The notes under the pieces: model-generated | Told to the model about the DNA's origin: nothing | Seen by the model: the letters and a program-made list of their open reading frames with translations, nothing else | Databases searched by the model: none | From: Marsupella aquatica | Taxonomy: Eukaryota; Plantae; Marchantiophyta | Length of the DNA: 64,000 bases | Direction of reading: 5' to 3' | Assembly (NCBI GenBank): GCA_973895155.1 | Contig: OZ316899.1 | Coordinates: forward strand, 13,147,934-13,211,933 | Shown here: one piece after another, positions 1 to 11,844 of the stretch | Position numbering within the stretch: the first letter of the stretch is position 1 | Layout: every line of letters begins with the position of its first letter | Translations under genes and position numbers: made by a program

Positions 1-3000
1 TTGCAAGGCATGTAGGGTCTTCCATGGGAATGGCGACGATAGAAGTCCTCACAAGAACAACACGGGAAAATGCAAATTTGCACCCAGTACGTCTTCGTTG
101 TTCGGAGTTTCTCATGGGTTTGGATTTGAAATTGTTTTCCCCAAGAGTTCCCGTTGGAAACATCGCACTGCCAAATTAGGGTCATGGGCTCCTTGCTGGC
201 AGATTCAATTCTCGTGTAGTGACCTTGTGAAAGATTTGATCGTGGGATTGTATTCTTCCCATTTCTACTCCAAAGGCGAATATTTGGCTCTAGGAGATTG
301 ATTTTCTCAGGGAAAACATTTACATTGATTTGCAACTCAAACGGAGATGGAACATGCTGAGTTCCGGCCTCACAATCGATTTCAACCCCTTTCTCGATCA
401 AGAATTGGACTTATGCTTCAGAAAGGTTAGTCCCTTTCAGAACAGGAAGCGTATAGGGAAATGGTGGAAGATTCACGACATTACAACGTGGCCGGCTCTT
501 ATAGCAAGCATTGTTGGCACAAAACCAAATCATTTCAGGATGAGGTTCTCCCCTGAATATACGATGACCTTTCACAACAATGCCAACTACTCCATCTGTT
601 GACGGGTACCCAACCTTTTTCAAACGATTGCGGCATTCATCTCGATCTGATCTCCCACCCAACGATCCATTACATTGAGGGCCTGCTCCATGTTTGGTTG
701 TTCTTCGTAGGTGCCATTCACCAGGTTGGACATCCGTCTCCAACACTAACGATTGATGTAAAGGCCGTTCACAAGTGGGAGGTGCAGTTCGCGGATCCAA
801 ACAAGACCTGGTGGTTCTCCTCCAAGGTGGAGTAGTCCAATCAATGTCTTCTCCGATATCACTATCAGATATATCCACCACAACATTCTCACAGACAGGA
901 GAAGTTTGCGCAACAGGGGAGAACTCCTCCCTATTCAATTTTTTTCTCTTCATACCACAAGTATTTGGCAATGTTACCAGAATAGTGTCATGCCGATGGG
1001 AGTCTTGTGCAGAGACGTTCCCTATGGCTCGCCCTTTCCTCTTCATGGACTTTGTGATAACATCCCCATTCAGTGGGGCATTCCTTTCCAAGTTGAATTC
1101 AGCCGCACCGGAAAGGAGCATATTAGAAGCATCTTGGAAAATTTTGGAAGAACCAGCTTGATCTGCATAATGGAATGCCAATTCCCATATCGTAGGCCCC
1201 TTACCACGATTTAGCCCCCTCCGATAGGCTGTATATGCCACAACTTGCGACAATGCTTTGTTTTGATCCATCTCACAAGCTTCGAATAGACCAGCTTTCT
1301 TCTTTGTTTGCCAAGCTTTCATTATAGAATGGACCGCTTCCAAAGTTGTACAGTTGGGAATCATAGCACTTTCTTTGACACTTTTGTCCTGGATTCAACA
1401 TAGGAGCTATATTAAGGAAATGTGTCTTTGAAACCATATTACATAAAGCAATATCCGGACAACGTCAACTATGATTACGAGTCACATTATCATATTATAA
1501 AGCTTTGAGTAAACTAGCGCCAAGCGCTACCATGAATATGATCAAAATAATTTCACAAATACAAAGGAATAACGGTCTTGGGTAATCCTAAGAATGACTT
1601 AGTAATGCTAGCGCCGAGCGCTGGTATTAATGTCAATTGTGAGGAACAAATATGATTAAGAAACTCACCAGACAAATAAAATCTCCCCATTGACGCCATC
1701 GGACAACCCACCACGAAAGCCAGCCTTGGAGCATCTAAAGTTTTCCTAGAACACAGTTCCCGGATCTCCACCATAAATCAATATCCCTTGAAATCATGTA
1801 CGCTCCAACAAAAGTTGAATCATTCCTTAAGGAGTCCCACAACTTGCAGTGCTCCTCTCGTTTCCCCTCCAGGACTCCTTCAACGGAGTGTCGATGAAAC
1901 GATTGATAAAAGTGAAACGCATCGGATCGCTCCTTTTTGGGGTTAGGATGACCACCAAAAAAGACATTCCAAACGGCGTTCCATCCAACTTGAGCATTGT
2001 CAGCCATGAATCCATGGATCACTACATCATCCAACCCATTCTCACGGAAAACCTCAATCATCAATTTCCAAGCTTTTTCCAAGGACTCAGTACCTTCCGC
2101 TTTCAACTCACAAGTGAAAATTGTGCAAAGAGCTCAATAGTTGTGATTGTAAACGTGAGCACTAAATGTAATCCACTCTGTTGTCAGCCTCCTCATGACA
2201 TCAAAACTTACCCAGGCCCCTTTGAGTCTACCTCCAGGTTGCATTTGGTGCAACAAATCCACACCAGATCCATGTCCCTTTACCGTCATTTTAAAAATAT
2301 GAGGTCTGTCCTCCTTACGTCCTTGACCAGGGAGCATGTATTGTTGTAAAAAGGGAAAGTTGATACATTTCTGCATTTCAACTAGAAACTCTAACTCGCC
2401 CTTACCTTTTTGATCTTGCCAAACACTGCGAAAGAGAGATGCAAACTTTTGAGGGGAAGAAACTACCATCAATGACTCCCAAATTTCTTTCTCCCCCAAT
2501 TCCTCTATATCATTGTTAGACACACAGAGAGCCTTTTGCAAAGACCCAGTTATGGCATTCTTTAGACCCGACAGTGTGGCAGACGGCGTTGCCTCGTGTT
2601 GTTTCTTGATAATGTCTTGCGCAATCTTCTCTGCACCACGGGAAAAAACTTTTCGAGAGGGATGTGCATGTGTTCCAACATGCATAGCGAGACGTGACAT
2701 GTGACTACAGGTATCCAAGTCTACAAGTAACTGCGGGTACATATAAAACAACGTTGCAGTGCAAGCTTCGTTACAAAAGGGCAGTTGTTGGCAGTAATGA
2801 CATACTACCCCACCATCCTCAATAATCTTTCCTACGCAATGTGGCCCAGCAAGCTTGGGCGTACCATCCCAAGCCTTCGAATTCCTTCTTTTCTTCCGCA
2901 AAAGATACTCACATTTCTGGTTTCGACATTCAAGTGATCCTATGCATGTGACTTAACTTTTCCAAATTCCCACAACTTCTTGGGTTGCACATTCGTAGAA

Positions 3001-3659
3001 GTTGGAAAGATCCGAGTCCAGAAGTAGCAGTCTTTAGGCCAATCCATATCGCGGAGCCTAGAACCTTTTGATAGCAATCCTTCCGCGGGTGGCAGTTCAA
3101 ACACAATATTTCCATTGTATTTGCTAGGAAGACAATTCACCTGCTCATGCCTAAAATCACCAGTCCAAATAAACCGCGAAAGTTCACTATGACCAGTAGA
3201 TTTAAGAATTGCATCCATTGCACTCCGACGGTAAACAACACTCGCCAGTGATGGCTGGCTTGAAATGGTCCCTTCTGCCTTGATACAAATCTCTGGCGAG
3301 GGCGACTTTTGCAACACTGGAGCCAATATATCCTCATCATCACTGTCAGAAATGTGAATCACAGCTGGAAGTTTTCCACCTTTCTCGACAGAAATTAAAG
3401 CCGATCAAAGAATTATTGAGTATCTAATCCCAACATTTAGGTGCCAAAATCTAATTCCATCGTCAACATCAAACATTGTTGATCCTTTCTCATCAACAGA
3501 ATTGTGCTCAGGATTGATCAAAATAATATCATTCAGAGAAATGTCAAATCTTCCACAAAGATAACTCTCACTAATCTGTTTGTAAGTATCGGATAAACCA
3601 ACTGGGATGCTAACAATGTCCCCAGTATCCGGACGAACAATCACAACTGATGTAGACAT
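1..3659 (-). pseudogene. MULE-type DDE transposase with N-terminal GCM/WRKY-like Zn domain and C-terminal SWIM finger; frameshifts/stops; one intron ~1407-1668
   Basis: Fragments 3405-3677, 2940-3362, 2134-2901, 1735-2106 and 411-1364 join in order. Motifs: LPSKYNGNIVFELP..MD..W..C..C..CHYC..C..C..HVGTHAHP (GCM-like); VSFDVMRR, FMADNA, ERSDAFHF and TTLEAVH (D-D-CxxH-like-E of MULE); YWVQICIFPCCSCEDF...PYMPCK at the window start (SWIM). Minus-strand donor GTGAGT at 1668. Confidence 0.8.
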
Positions 3660-4771
3660 AGTGGGACAATGTTGCAAAATGAATCAACCACCAAAAAAAA
3701 CGTGGGGAGGAAAGGAATTACATTACTTCATATAAGTGAAGAGAACTCAATTCGCTGTTGATGAACTTATCGTTTGCAAACGACAAAATGGGTACTAGTC
3801 GTTACGGGAATGCAAATAAATGTCATTTGTCATTTTGCCAACGACACTTATTATCAGTAACATAGGTTATGTCACTTAAATCGTATGAAAACATTTAGTA
3901 GCGCCCGGCACTACTAAAAGACAAGGGTTTGATTCACTATATTTGTCCCAATGTTTACCGATGAAACCCTTGCAAAGCAATGATTCATTTACCTATTTTG
4001 TACTAGCGCCAGGCGCTATCATTCCCCAATTTTATCAAAAACCTGGAATTTCCAAATCAAATACTTTTATTTAGTTAAAACGTGTGAATTTGAGGAAACT
4101 TAACATTGGTGACTCTAATGGGATGTTTTAAAGTTAAATAGCGCCCGGTGCTGGCATCATCTTTACAATTTGACCACCGTGAAAGACATGTTATGATGTT
4201 ATGGAATCAATAGCGCCCGGCGCTAGTATCACATAATCATTCATTCAAACATCCAACGGTTAGATTTAACGGTAACAAAACCAGCGTACCGATCACTCTT
4301 GATGGTTCCCCGTCAGATCTTATCAACGGAAGAGGGAATGAGCTCAGCTCGACTGTCCAACCAGTATTGACCACTTGTCCATGATTCGATTGGTTGGTCA
4401 TTTTCACTATTGTGTGTGTCGTACCTCTTAACAAGGCACGGACGACACTCCGCTGGTCATGTTTTAAAGGTGTGAGATGTACACTATGTGTACGGTAATC
4501 TTGTTAGGAGCGTGAGTGTAGAGAGTACCGCCTCTAGTATTTGGGCCCTCCACGATGCAACCTTCAAGCGCCCCAAGCTCTCTAGGAGAGTATACTATAG
4601 TTCCTGACCGAGATCGAGGTCAGTGCGAGTCCACCGAATCTTCATTTTCTGGGTCTGTCTACTCCCGTTGAGTAACAAGGTCAAGCGGAGCAATCCCGTC
4701 TTCGAACACTTTGCTGCCATTTCCAAAGCCAAGGAGGGGGAGAATGGATACGGATACTGATCGATTTTGCG

Positions 4772-7700
4772 ATGGGAGAAGGAAGCAAGGTTGGATTAAG
4801 GATGGACGATCCAAAAATCAAACACATCATGTCGTTTGGTAAAGATTTTTGTGGGCATGAGAAGGAACCGCCACGGATCCCGCTTTGTCGCTTGCTTCAC
4901 ATGGAGGTGGTCCAAACTTTGCAGAAGGAAAGTGCTTCCATTGAGAAATTAAAGGACTCGTTCCAAAGCAGTGGATACAATCCAAGGATTGGGATGTGCT
5001 TCTTTGTCCAGCCAACCAATTCAGAAGGTGTGGAGAAAATATGTACTCTAGAGATAAGGGAGGGTTGTGACGCCATTTGGGTTGCAGAGAATGAGAAGTT
5101 TGAATTGGAATGCGAGGCCAATCCAGCTTCCATGACCTGAAAGACAAAATGTTTTGCGTTTTTTATGGGAATCACCGGCTTTACTCTTGGACAATCGTCA
5201 CCAAGGAGAATCCCGACAACGTCAAGTATCACCCAAGAGTCCTTTGTACGATTTTCAAGGGAGACAAAGCTTCCCAAATTCAGATCGAGGCGGCGATGCA
5301 CACAGTGAACCAGTAAGAATTTCTTCATAAACTTTGATTTTATTCATTTCCCTTTTCTAGTTCCTCATTGCAAAAACCAATTTGAATTGAGCATTTGGTA
5401 TTACTATTTTTGCTAGCGCCCGGCACTGCTAATCACCTCCACTGATCGTAGGTTAGGGCAGGCCGTAGTCAAACCATGGTGGATCTTGGATGCTGACAAA
5501 ATACGCAGGATTCTCTCGCACAATTTGGAGCACTACAAGTCAATTATAGATAGTGCCAATTTTGCAAAATTTGAGTACATTAAACTCAAAATGCAAAAGC
5601 ATTCATGGTACACCAAAAAGATGCCTCTTGAAGCTCTTGTGTACATTTTGTGCGAAAACAAAATAAAATCTTACACAAACAAGTTCAAGATGGACATGGC
5701 ATTGGCTGCAAGTCAAGGCAATCCATGGGCACAAGATGACATTGCAAAGAGGCATGCACTAATGATGAAAGAGGCCACAAAGGATTGGTCAACGAAAACA
5801 TCCAAGATAACTCCTCTCCTTAGCCCTGAGTTTGAAGATTTCTTTAGCACTTGTGCAGAGATGTACGTACTAATAGAGCAGAACAAGTGCGAGAAGAAAC
5901 CAGACAGTGTTTTCTGCACTATGGATCGTGCCAGGTTATTCATAGCAGTTTCCGCTCTTGACCCAAAACTTAGGTGTACTTTGCTTGTGGCTCACTATAC
6001 CCCAGAATTGCGAAAACAATTCTACCACCCTGCAAGCGTGAACAATGATCCAATCAAGCAGTGGTGTCACACTTGGCAGACCTGGAACACCGTCAAGGGG
6101 ATTGCGATTGGGATGTTACAATCGACACTTTTGGCTGCCATTGACATGCTACCCGTCGATTGGCTTGCTCAGTCAAAGTGTGATTCCATCAAATGTCTGA
6201 TTGATATTATTTGCGGTGATTTTAGAAAGTTTAGTGACCTTGTCAAGGCAAAGTTCTTCAACATGTTGTGGCCTTCAAAATATCCGGATAAGGAGGTGTA
6301 CACCAAAAAAATTCAGAAAAGAGCAAAGAGGTATTTGTATCGTTTCTATATCTAGATGGAGATTCATTCCCCTGAATCATTGTGGGCGTATCCAGCTGCA
6401 TTTCACAAATGGATTGTGGCAAAGGAGGGAGATCAGGTTGGGGAATTGTATTCAATGTATCCAGCAGAGGGAAAATTCCCACCACGCACAATGACCAAAT
6501 GGGAAAGAACCCACTGCCCTTGGTATCTTGACACAGACAAGTGGGATTCACCTTTCGAAACAGAGAAGGATTGGTTTCAAAAATTGGCAAAGTCTCAGAT
6601 TCCTCCAAAGATTGTCTCTGAGATGAAGCAAGGACTTCTTGGGGAGGTTGACAAGTCTGGAACAGAATTACAAAAGATCTGCGAGATAGTCATTGTTCAT
6701 GTCGATAGATGCCGGAAGCCTCGTGGGAAGGTTAAAGTTGACACTGCTATGCCAAGTGCGTCAACTCGATCTGGGAGGAAATGTAGGTTTTCTCTATCAT
6801 CTTTCTGCAGATTTGTGCTAGCGCCCGGCGCTACTATTGTGTGATTCCCTTTTCCGTCAAGTAATTCACTAATTATGTAGTTGTTGAACTCTTACCTCAG
6901 GTCAGAAGAAATCGGGCATGATAGATGATACCAAGGTTACGCCAGAAGGCTCTGAAGCAAATACTAGTACTTTACCAGATCCACTTACCCCTATGAATTT
7001 GGGGAAATCGACCGAACCTATCGATGCAACCAGCACAAAGAAAAAGAATAAGAAGACGCGTGAGGCTGGCATTCGGAAAGAGATAGTCTATCTGCCATGG
7101 GACTTCAGAGGGATGTTGGGAATTTTAAATCCAGAGCATCTCGGCATTGTTTAGTTAAGTCCAGCGTTACTGAATTTTATGATAGTGTTTTTAATAAGGA
7201 AGAGAAGCCAGATTGGGTTACTGATGCCGAGAAGTGGGTTAAAGACCTCGTCAAATCAGGATGCTGTCCAAAGGGAGTCGTGAGGGGTGGGAAGGAAAGG
7301 CCTTTTGGTGTTGACGCTGGTTTCATCTATCTACCAACTGGGTTGAAGCCAACGTTGCTCGACCGGAAAGTTCCAAAATGGAACATTCCTGACTACACCA
7401 TAGCTCAATCTTTTTTCCGAGCGATGGATCCTTTCTTGGCTGATGATGGAATGATTGCAATCCTCCATACGGGGGGATTATGATCAGATTTTGCAAGTCA
7501 TCTCAGCGTGTCAAGAGTCAAAGAAATTCTAGTGTCTCTCGACATATAATGTGGTGATGGGGTTCCCTATGTACCGGGCCAAGTCCGATGTTCAGGTAAA
7601 TACACAAACATTACTGAAACTTTTGCTAGCGCCTGGCGCTGTTAATCTCTCTGGATCTGAACCTGACATTATTTTGTTCATTTCAGGTATTCACTTTGCG

Positions 7701-8265
7701 ATTATATATTTTTTCTCGAATCTTGTCAAAAGTGAAAGTCCCCAAGGACCCAAAGTTCAGGCCCCTATCAAAAACCGAGGATCCCTCTAGCACAAATCTG
7801 ATAGGACTTCCGTTTGCGAAGGTGGATACTAGTCCAGAGCTTGATTTTGCCGGAAATGCCAGACTCCATCCTGGATTTATGCAATCGGTACTTGAGTTAA
7901 TTATGTGCCCAAGAGATATTGTTTTTGATTGGGCTGTAGGTTCCGGGAGTACTTTTGTGGTCGGGGACTATTGTGGCCGATTTGTTCTTGGGGTGGAAAA
8001 CAGGAAGGAGTTCATTGAAACACCCTCAAGGATATTTTTGGGTCTTCTAACTCCAAAAGTTCCTCCAATAATAGCTCCTCCCACAAATGTGGTTGTGAAG
8101 AGGAAGAGAGACAAGCTTAGATCAGTACTGAATTTTGATTCCGACGATGAAGAGGATGCGGAGGAAGGGGAGGAAGAGCCGGATTCTGTCATTCCTATAG
8201 GATCTCAAACTGGAGACGATCACAAATTTGATGAAGGTAGCGACAGCGAAGATTCTTTTGAGTAA
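4772..8265 (+). pseudogene. Transposon accessory gene: ParB/Srx-like N-terminal domain + helical middle + beta-class amino (N6A/N4C) DNA methyltransferase-like C-terminal domain; 4 exons
   Basis: IPLCRL...IEKLKDSFQSSGY...FCVFYGNHRLYSW resembles the ParB 'DGxxR' fold. VDAGFIYLPTG (motif IV position, degenerate) precedes LHPGFMQSVLELIMCPRDIVFDWAVGSGSTFVVGDYCGRFVLGVE (motif X/I-II, cf. PGDIVLDPFxGSGTT..GRxxIGxE). GT-AG introns at ~5313-5451, ~6783-6900 and 7596-7686. Frameshifts near 5130 and 7100; stops at 6353 and 7481. Confidence 0.65.
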
Positions 8266-8357
8266 TGCTTGTAAGCTTCCTGTCAAGCTCCCTCATCCGG
8301 AATTCACTCTTTGCTTTTGCTTTCCAATCCTTTTTTAAATATTAATATTGTCAGAAA

Positions 8358-8657
8358 ATGGATTGTGTTGACATACCACGGGAAATTCTCATCCTCAGGT
8401 CTGACTGGAATCAACGAAGGCATTTCCAACTCAGGAGGAAAGTTGCCAGGAGTTATGTTGGGACTCCGGAAAAACCATTTGTTTTACCTTCGTACGCTGA
8501 GAATGCGGCGAGGAGAGTAGATAGTGTGAGGATGCTCCAATGGGAGAATAAAGGCCTTAGACTGAGGAGGGGTCCTGATAGGAAGTTTGTAAGAAACCCT
8601 TATGTTGATGATATGCAAAAGCAAATTCATAGACAACGAAGTAGAGTCTACCGATAG
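8358..8657 (+). CDS. Small basic hypothetical protein (99 aa) inside MULE A
   Basis: Intact ATG-to-stop ORF, Arg-rich, directly downstream of the accessory gene; no recognisable motif. Confidence 0.3.
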   Translation: MDCVDIPREILILRSDWNQRRHFQLRRKVARSYVGTPEKPFVLPSYAENAARRVDSVRMLQWENKGLRLRRGPDRKFVRNPYVDDMQKQIHRQRSRVYR

Positions 8658-9964
8658 GTCTAAATCAAGCGGATCAGAGTTATCTGATGAGGTTAGTTCA
8701 GAATATTAATTACCTTCATTTTGAGGTTATGCTAGCGTTGGGCGCTATTCAATGAGAACTCATGTAATGTGGTTTGGGAGATATAACTATCTTGTATATT
8801 CAGTTTACTTAATTTTCCCCAACCGTCTATTGCAACATGTTTACACTTGTTTTTTTCATTAATACCTTAGAATGTTATAGTAGCGCCCGACGCTACTATA
8901 ACTTTACTCCTTACTCTATTTTTGTTATACTAACGGATATATTCCTGTTATTATTGGTTGACGTCAGTCACAAAGTTTCCGTTTATGTTTTGTCTCTTTA
9001 GAATGTCGAACTGACATATTGAACGTTTCCTTCCACGGACCGTTTGAGGCAACCACGGTCTCAATTGGTCCCTATATCCTTGTGTTTGCGTTTCATCCTG
9101 ATCATTTTGTACCACGATCTCGGTTTTGGATTTTTGTTACCTAATCTCTTTTGCTTCCACTTGTTTCCGAATCACCATCGTTGACCTAAAATGGATCACC
9201 AAACCAAAGTTCCTAGTTTGTCTCAGATGATTTCGAAGGAGGGTCCGCTGCCCATCACTGAAGAGCCTGAGTGGAGCGAGACGAGTGACTTTTGAAACAG
9301 GCTTAATCTTCCTCCAAGTGAAGCTATTAGCCCTGGCGAGACGCTTATCCCATGGCTCAGAGATTCCCCGCCAAGGCATTTTTTGGAAAGATTTACAATT
9401 CATTGTCCTCCTCTTCCCCACAGCCTGACTCGTCAGGATGACATGCGCACCCAGGAGGAGCTAGGGAGGATTGATTTCCAGAATACAACCGTTCCTGGCG
9501 AGGACTCTCAAAGGTGTAGAGATAACGCCATCCTTGGCATTTATCAGCAATCGTGAGCACGGTTTTGTTCCCGACATAGCCCGATCTATGGCTGGCATCG
9601 ATGATGAGTGCGGTTCATCCACGACAGAGAGAACTAGCGCCCGGCGCTAGTGTGCTCACTTTCCTGATGGAGGCGCCCAATGTTCTCTAATCTCCCGATG
9701 CACAAAGACAGCAATGTGTTCTGTGACTAGGCAATGTGTAACCAATGTGTTCGGGACTAGCCCCTTTCATTTGTGGTATTGGATGAGAGACTACATTCGG
9801 ATTTTCTAATCGCTAGTGTATTTTGATTGTGTTGTGTAAAGAGTAGATAGCGGACATTTATAAACTAGTTTTGGTAGCGCCTGGTGCAAGCCTATGCTTT
9901 CTGGGAATACCCGGGTTTAAATGTACAGTTCCCAAAATTTTATAAAATGAGCGCCTGGCGCTAC

Positions 9965-10162
9965 TCTCGGTCTCGACCATTTCTCCTGGATTTGGCACGA
10001 ATCTTCTAAACTCCTGTTTCCTGTGTTATGGAAATGCCCTCTACGAATCTTCGGTAGTAGCCTACCATGCCAGGAATCCCCTTACTTCTTACACACTAGT
10101 AGGTGCTCTCGGTCTCGACCATTTTGTCTGGATTTGACACAAATCTTCTAAAAACCCTGTTT
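9965..10162 (+). repeat. ~55-bp direct repeat, two copies, subterminal in MULE A
   Basis: CTCGGTCTCGACCATTT..CTGGATTTG.CAC.AATCTTCTAAA...CCTGTTT at ~9965-10019 and ~10107-10162. Confidence 0.75.
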
Positions 10163-10624
10163 TGAATGTCAAGATCTTGGTTCACGCTAGAAACATTTCA
10201 AGCATTTTTTGTTAATGTTTTGTGTTTCCCGTTTTCTATTTCCTCTCATCAGTTCTTGTTTTTGGTTTCCTGGTTTCCTGTTTCTTATCTTATGTAAATA
10301 CCCCATCCTAAGTAATCCACATACAGTGAACTGGATATCTAACATTGACAGGGAATAATCCAATGTCCCTCACAGACGGCAATAAAACAGACGCAAGTCT
10401 CTTTTAAACATCAATGGCTTTAAGTTGGAACGTCAAGAATACATTGATCAACTAGAATAACCATAATATTCAGCATTAACCCCCATGTGACATTCCATTT
10501 AGATGTTGTTAATGGGAAACTAGCAATTCAACATTGACCAACCTTCTATTTTACCGTTGGGTTTCCATTGGGAAAGACTTATGAGTAAACGATACCCATA
10601 TATATTTCCTGGTGGGTATAACCA

Positions 10625-10931
10625 CTGTGACAGCAAACAACAAATAGCAAACAGTTACTCGTAACAGCAAACAGGTGGTAAAAAATTTGGACATTTTGGG
10701 GGGGGGATCTTGTTTGTAGAGTCAATATTTTTTGGCTAGCGCCCGGATCTAGTAATAGTATTGCCTTACACTAGCAATTTTTATTTTTATTTTTGTTTTA
10801 AATTATTTTGAAAATTGTGACTTTTAATGACACATTTTTAGATTGCCTATTTTGCTCATAACAGGAAAATTCTTGCTCATAACAATAAATCTGTTTGATG
10901 TTTGCTGTTATGGTGAAAACCCTCTTTCCTG
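10625..10931 (-). repeat. Putative right terminal inverted repeat of MULE A
   Basis: Its reverse complement matches 22294-22610 in order: CAGGAAA-AG-GTTT, GCAA-AATTTTCC, AAAAGTCACA-TTT, the palindrome, then CTGTTTGCTGTTAC/TGTTTGCTGTC repeats. Confidence 0.55.
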
Positions 10932-10955
10932 GTCATTATAGTTTGAGATTTTAGC

Positions 10956-11642
10956 CAGCGAGATCGCTATCCAAATGGACATCAGATTTTCATTGGTAAT
11001 ATATTAATACATAAGAAAGTTTTAGGCTACTTTAAGAGTTTCTTATTCTTTTTTAATTATATGGGACTCTAAATGTCTTCCCCTAAACCAACATTCCTCT
11101 TAGGAAAGTATAAATATTAAAGATGTGAGATGGAAATATTTGTAAACTCGTTCTTTCCTGGTCATACAATATGGGTAGCAAGATCGCTAGCTTTTAAACT
11201 AAGTTATTTAATGAGACACAAAAACATTAGAGGGATTGACCTTTACTGCATCAAAGAGATAAGATCAATTGAGGGGTTTTTGCTAGCAACATTGCTGACC
11301 TTATAACTAGGGAGTAGTTGACAACTTTATCTTTTACTAATTGACTCAATGGATCCTCTAAAACTGTTTGGGTTTTGGCTGGCGAGATCGTTGGCAATAC
11401 ATTATTCCTAAGTTGAAGGTTTTGTTTTGTGAAGTTTGACCAAAAGTAAGCTTTAAAACTCATTTTCTATATTTCCTTCGTCTTTTCCCCCAAAATGTAG
11501 GGCTTGACAAAATATTCCCTCAAATCACACCCTAAATAGTCCCTAAATGGTCTCTAAATGGTCTGTAAATGGTCTCTCCATATTTCATATACCACGTCTA
11601 CTGGTTAAGAAAAATGAGAGGTTTTAGCTAGTGACATTGCTA
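10956..11642. repeat. Second palindrome family TAGCGA-(G/C)A-TCGCTA, 5 decayed copies upstream of sister transposase
   Basis: cagcgagatcgcta 10956, tagcaagatcgcta 11176, tagcaacattgctg 11284, tggcgagatcgttg 11380, tagtgacattgcta 11629. Many differences are CG->TG/CA. Confidence 0.7.
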
Positions 11643-11844
11643 GCCATATTACATCTCCTTGATTTAATGTAGTTGTTGGACATTTTGTTGTTTATTCAAC
11701 GTTCACATTGAATCCTGTTAGATGTAGTTTTTGGACTTTCTTACATATCTTTTATACCACCACCTTTGGATATGTTTTTTCATCTCAATTTGATGGCTTT
11801 GGTGGTCATATCTCTGGCAAAGGAGCAATGGTGATGTTGTTAAC

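Larger units (their letters stand above)
1515..10751. repeat. Dispersed 15-bp interrupted palindrome TAGCGCC-N-GGCGCTA, 15 copies
   Basis: Copies start at 1515, 1609, 3899, 4004, 4139, 4211, 5414, 6819, 7627, 8733, 8881, 9635, 9875, 9949 and 10737. Perfect copies at 4004, 4211, 6819 and 9635. The copy at 8874-8902 has extended arms. Confidence 0.9.
1..10931. mobile_element. Mutator-like (MULE) DNA transposon 'A', degenerate; left end outside window; carries transposase plus divergent accessory gene(s)
   Basis: Transposase motifs on - strand (1-3659), accessory gene on + strand (4772-8265) and one palindrome family throughout. The AT-rich terminal segment ending ...CCTCTTTCCTG (10931) is inverted-homologous to 22294-22610. 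Right boundary inferred; no TSD checkable. Confidence 0.7.

Noticed and set aside
4772-8265. Bacterial or phage contaminant contig (ParB + MTase)
   Set aside because: The gene has three GT-AG introns and shares the palindrome with the adjacent eukaryotic MULE transposase.
10094-10105. CACTAGTAG as a second CACTA terminus
   Set aside because: Lies between two copies of a local direct repeat inside MULE A, with no subterminal repeats or partner end.
1515-10751. CRISPR array or REP-like bacterial repeats
   Set aside because: Palindromes are 15 bp and irregularly spaced (~70 bp to >2 kb), with no cas genes, in an intron-containing eukaryotic context.
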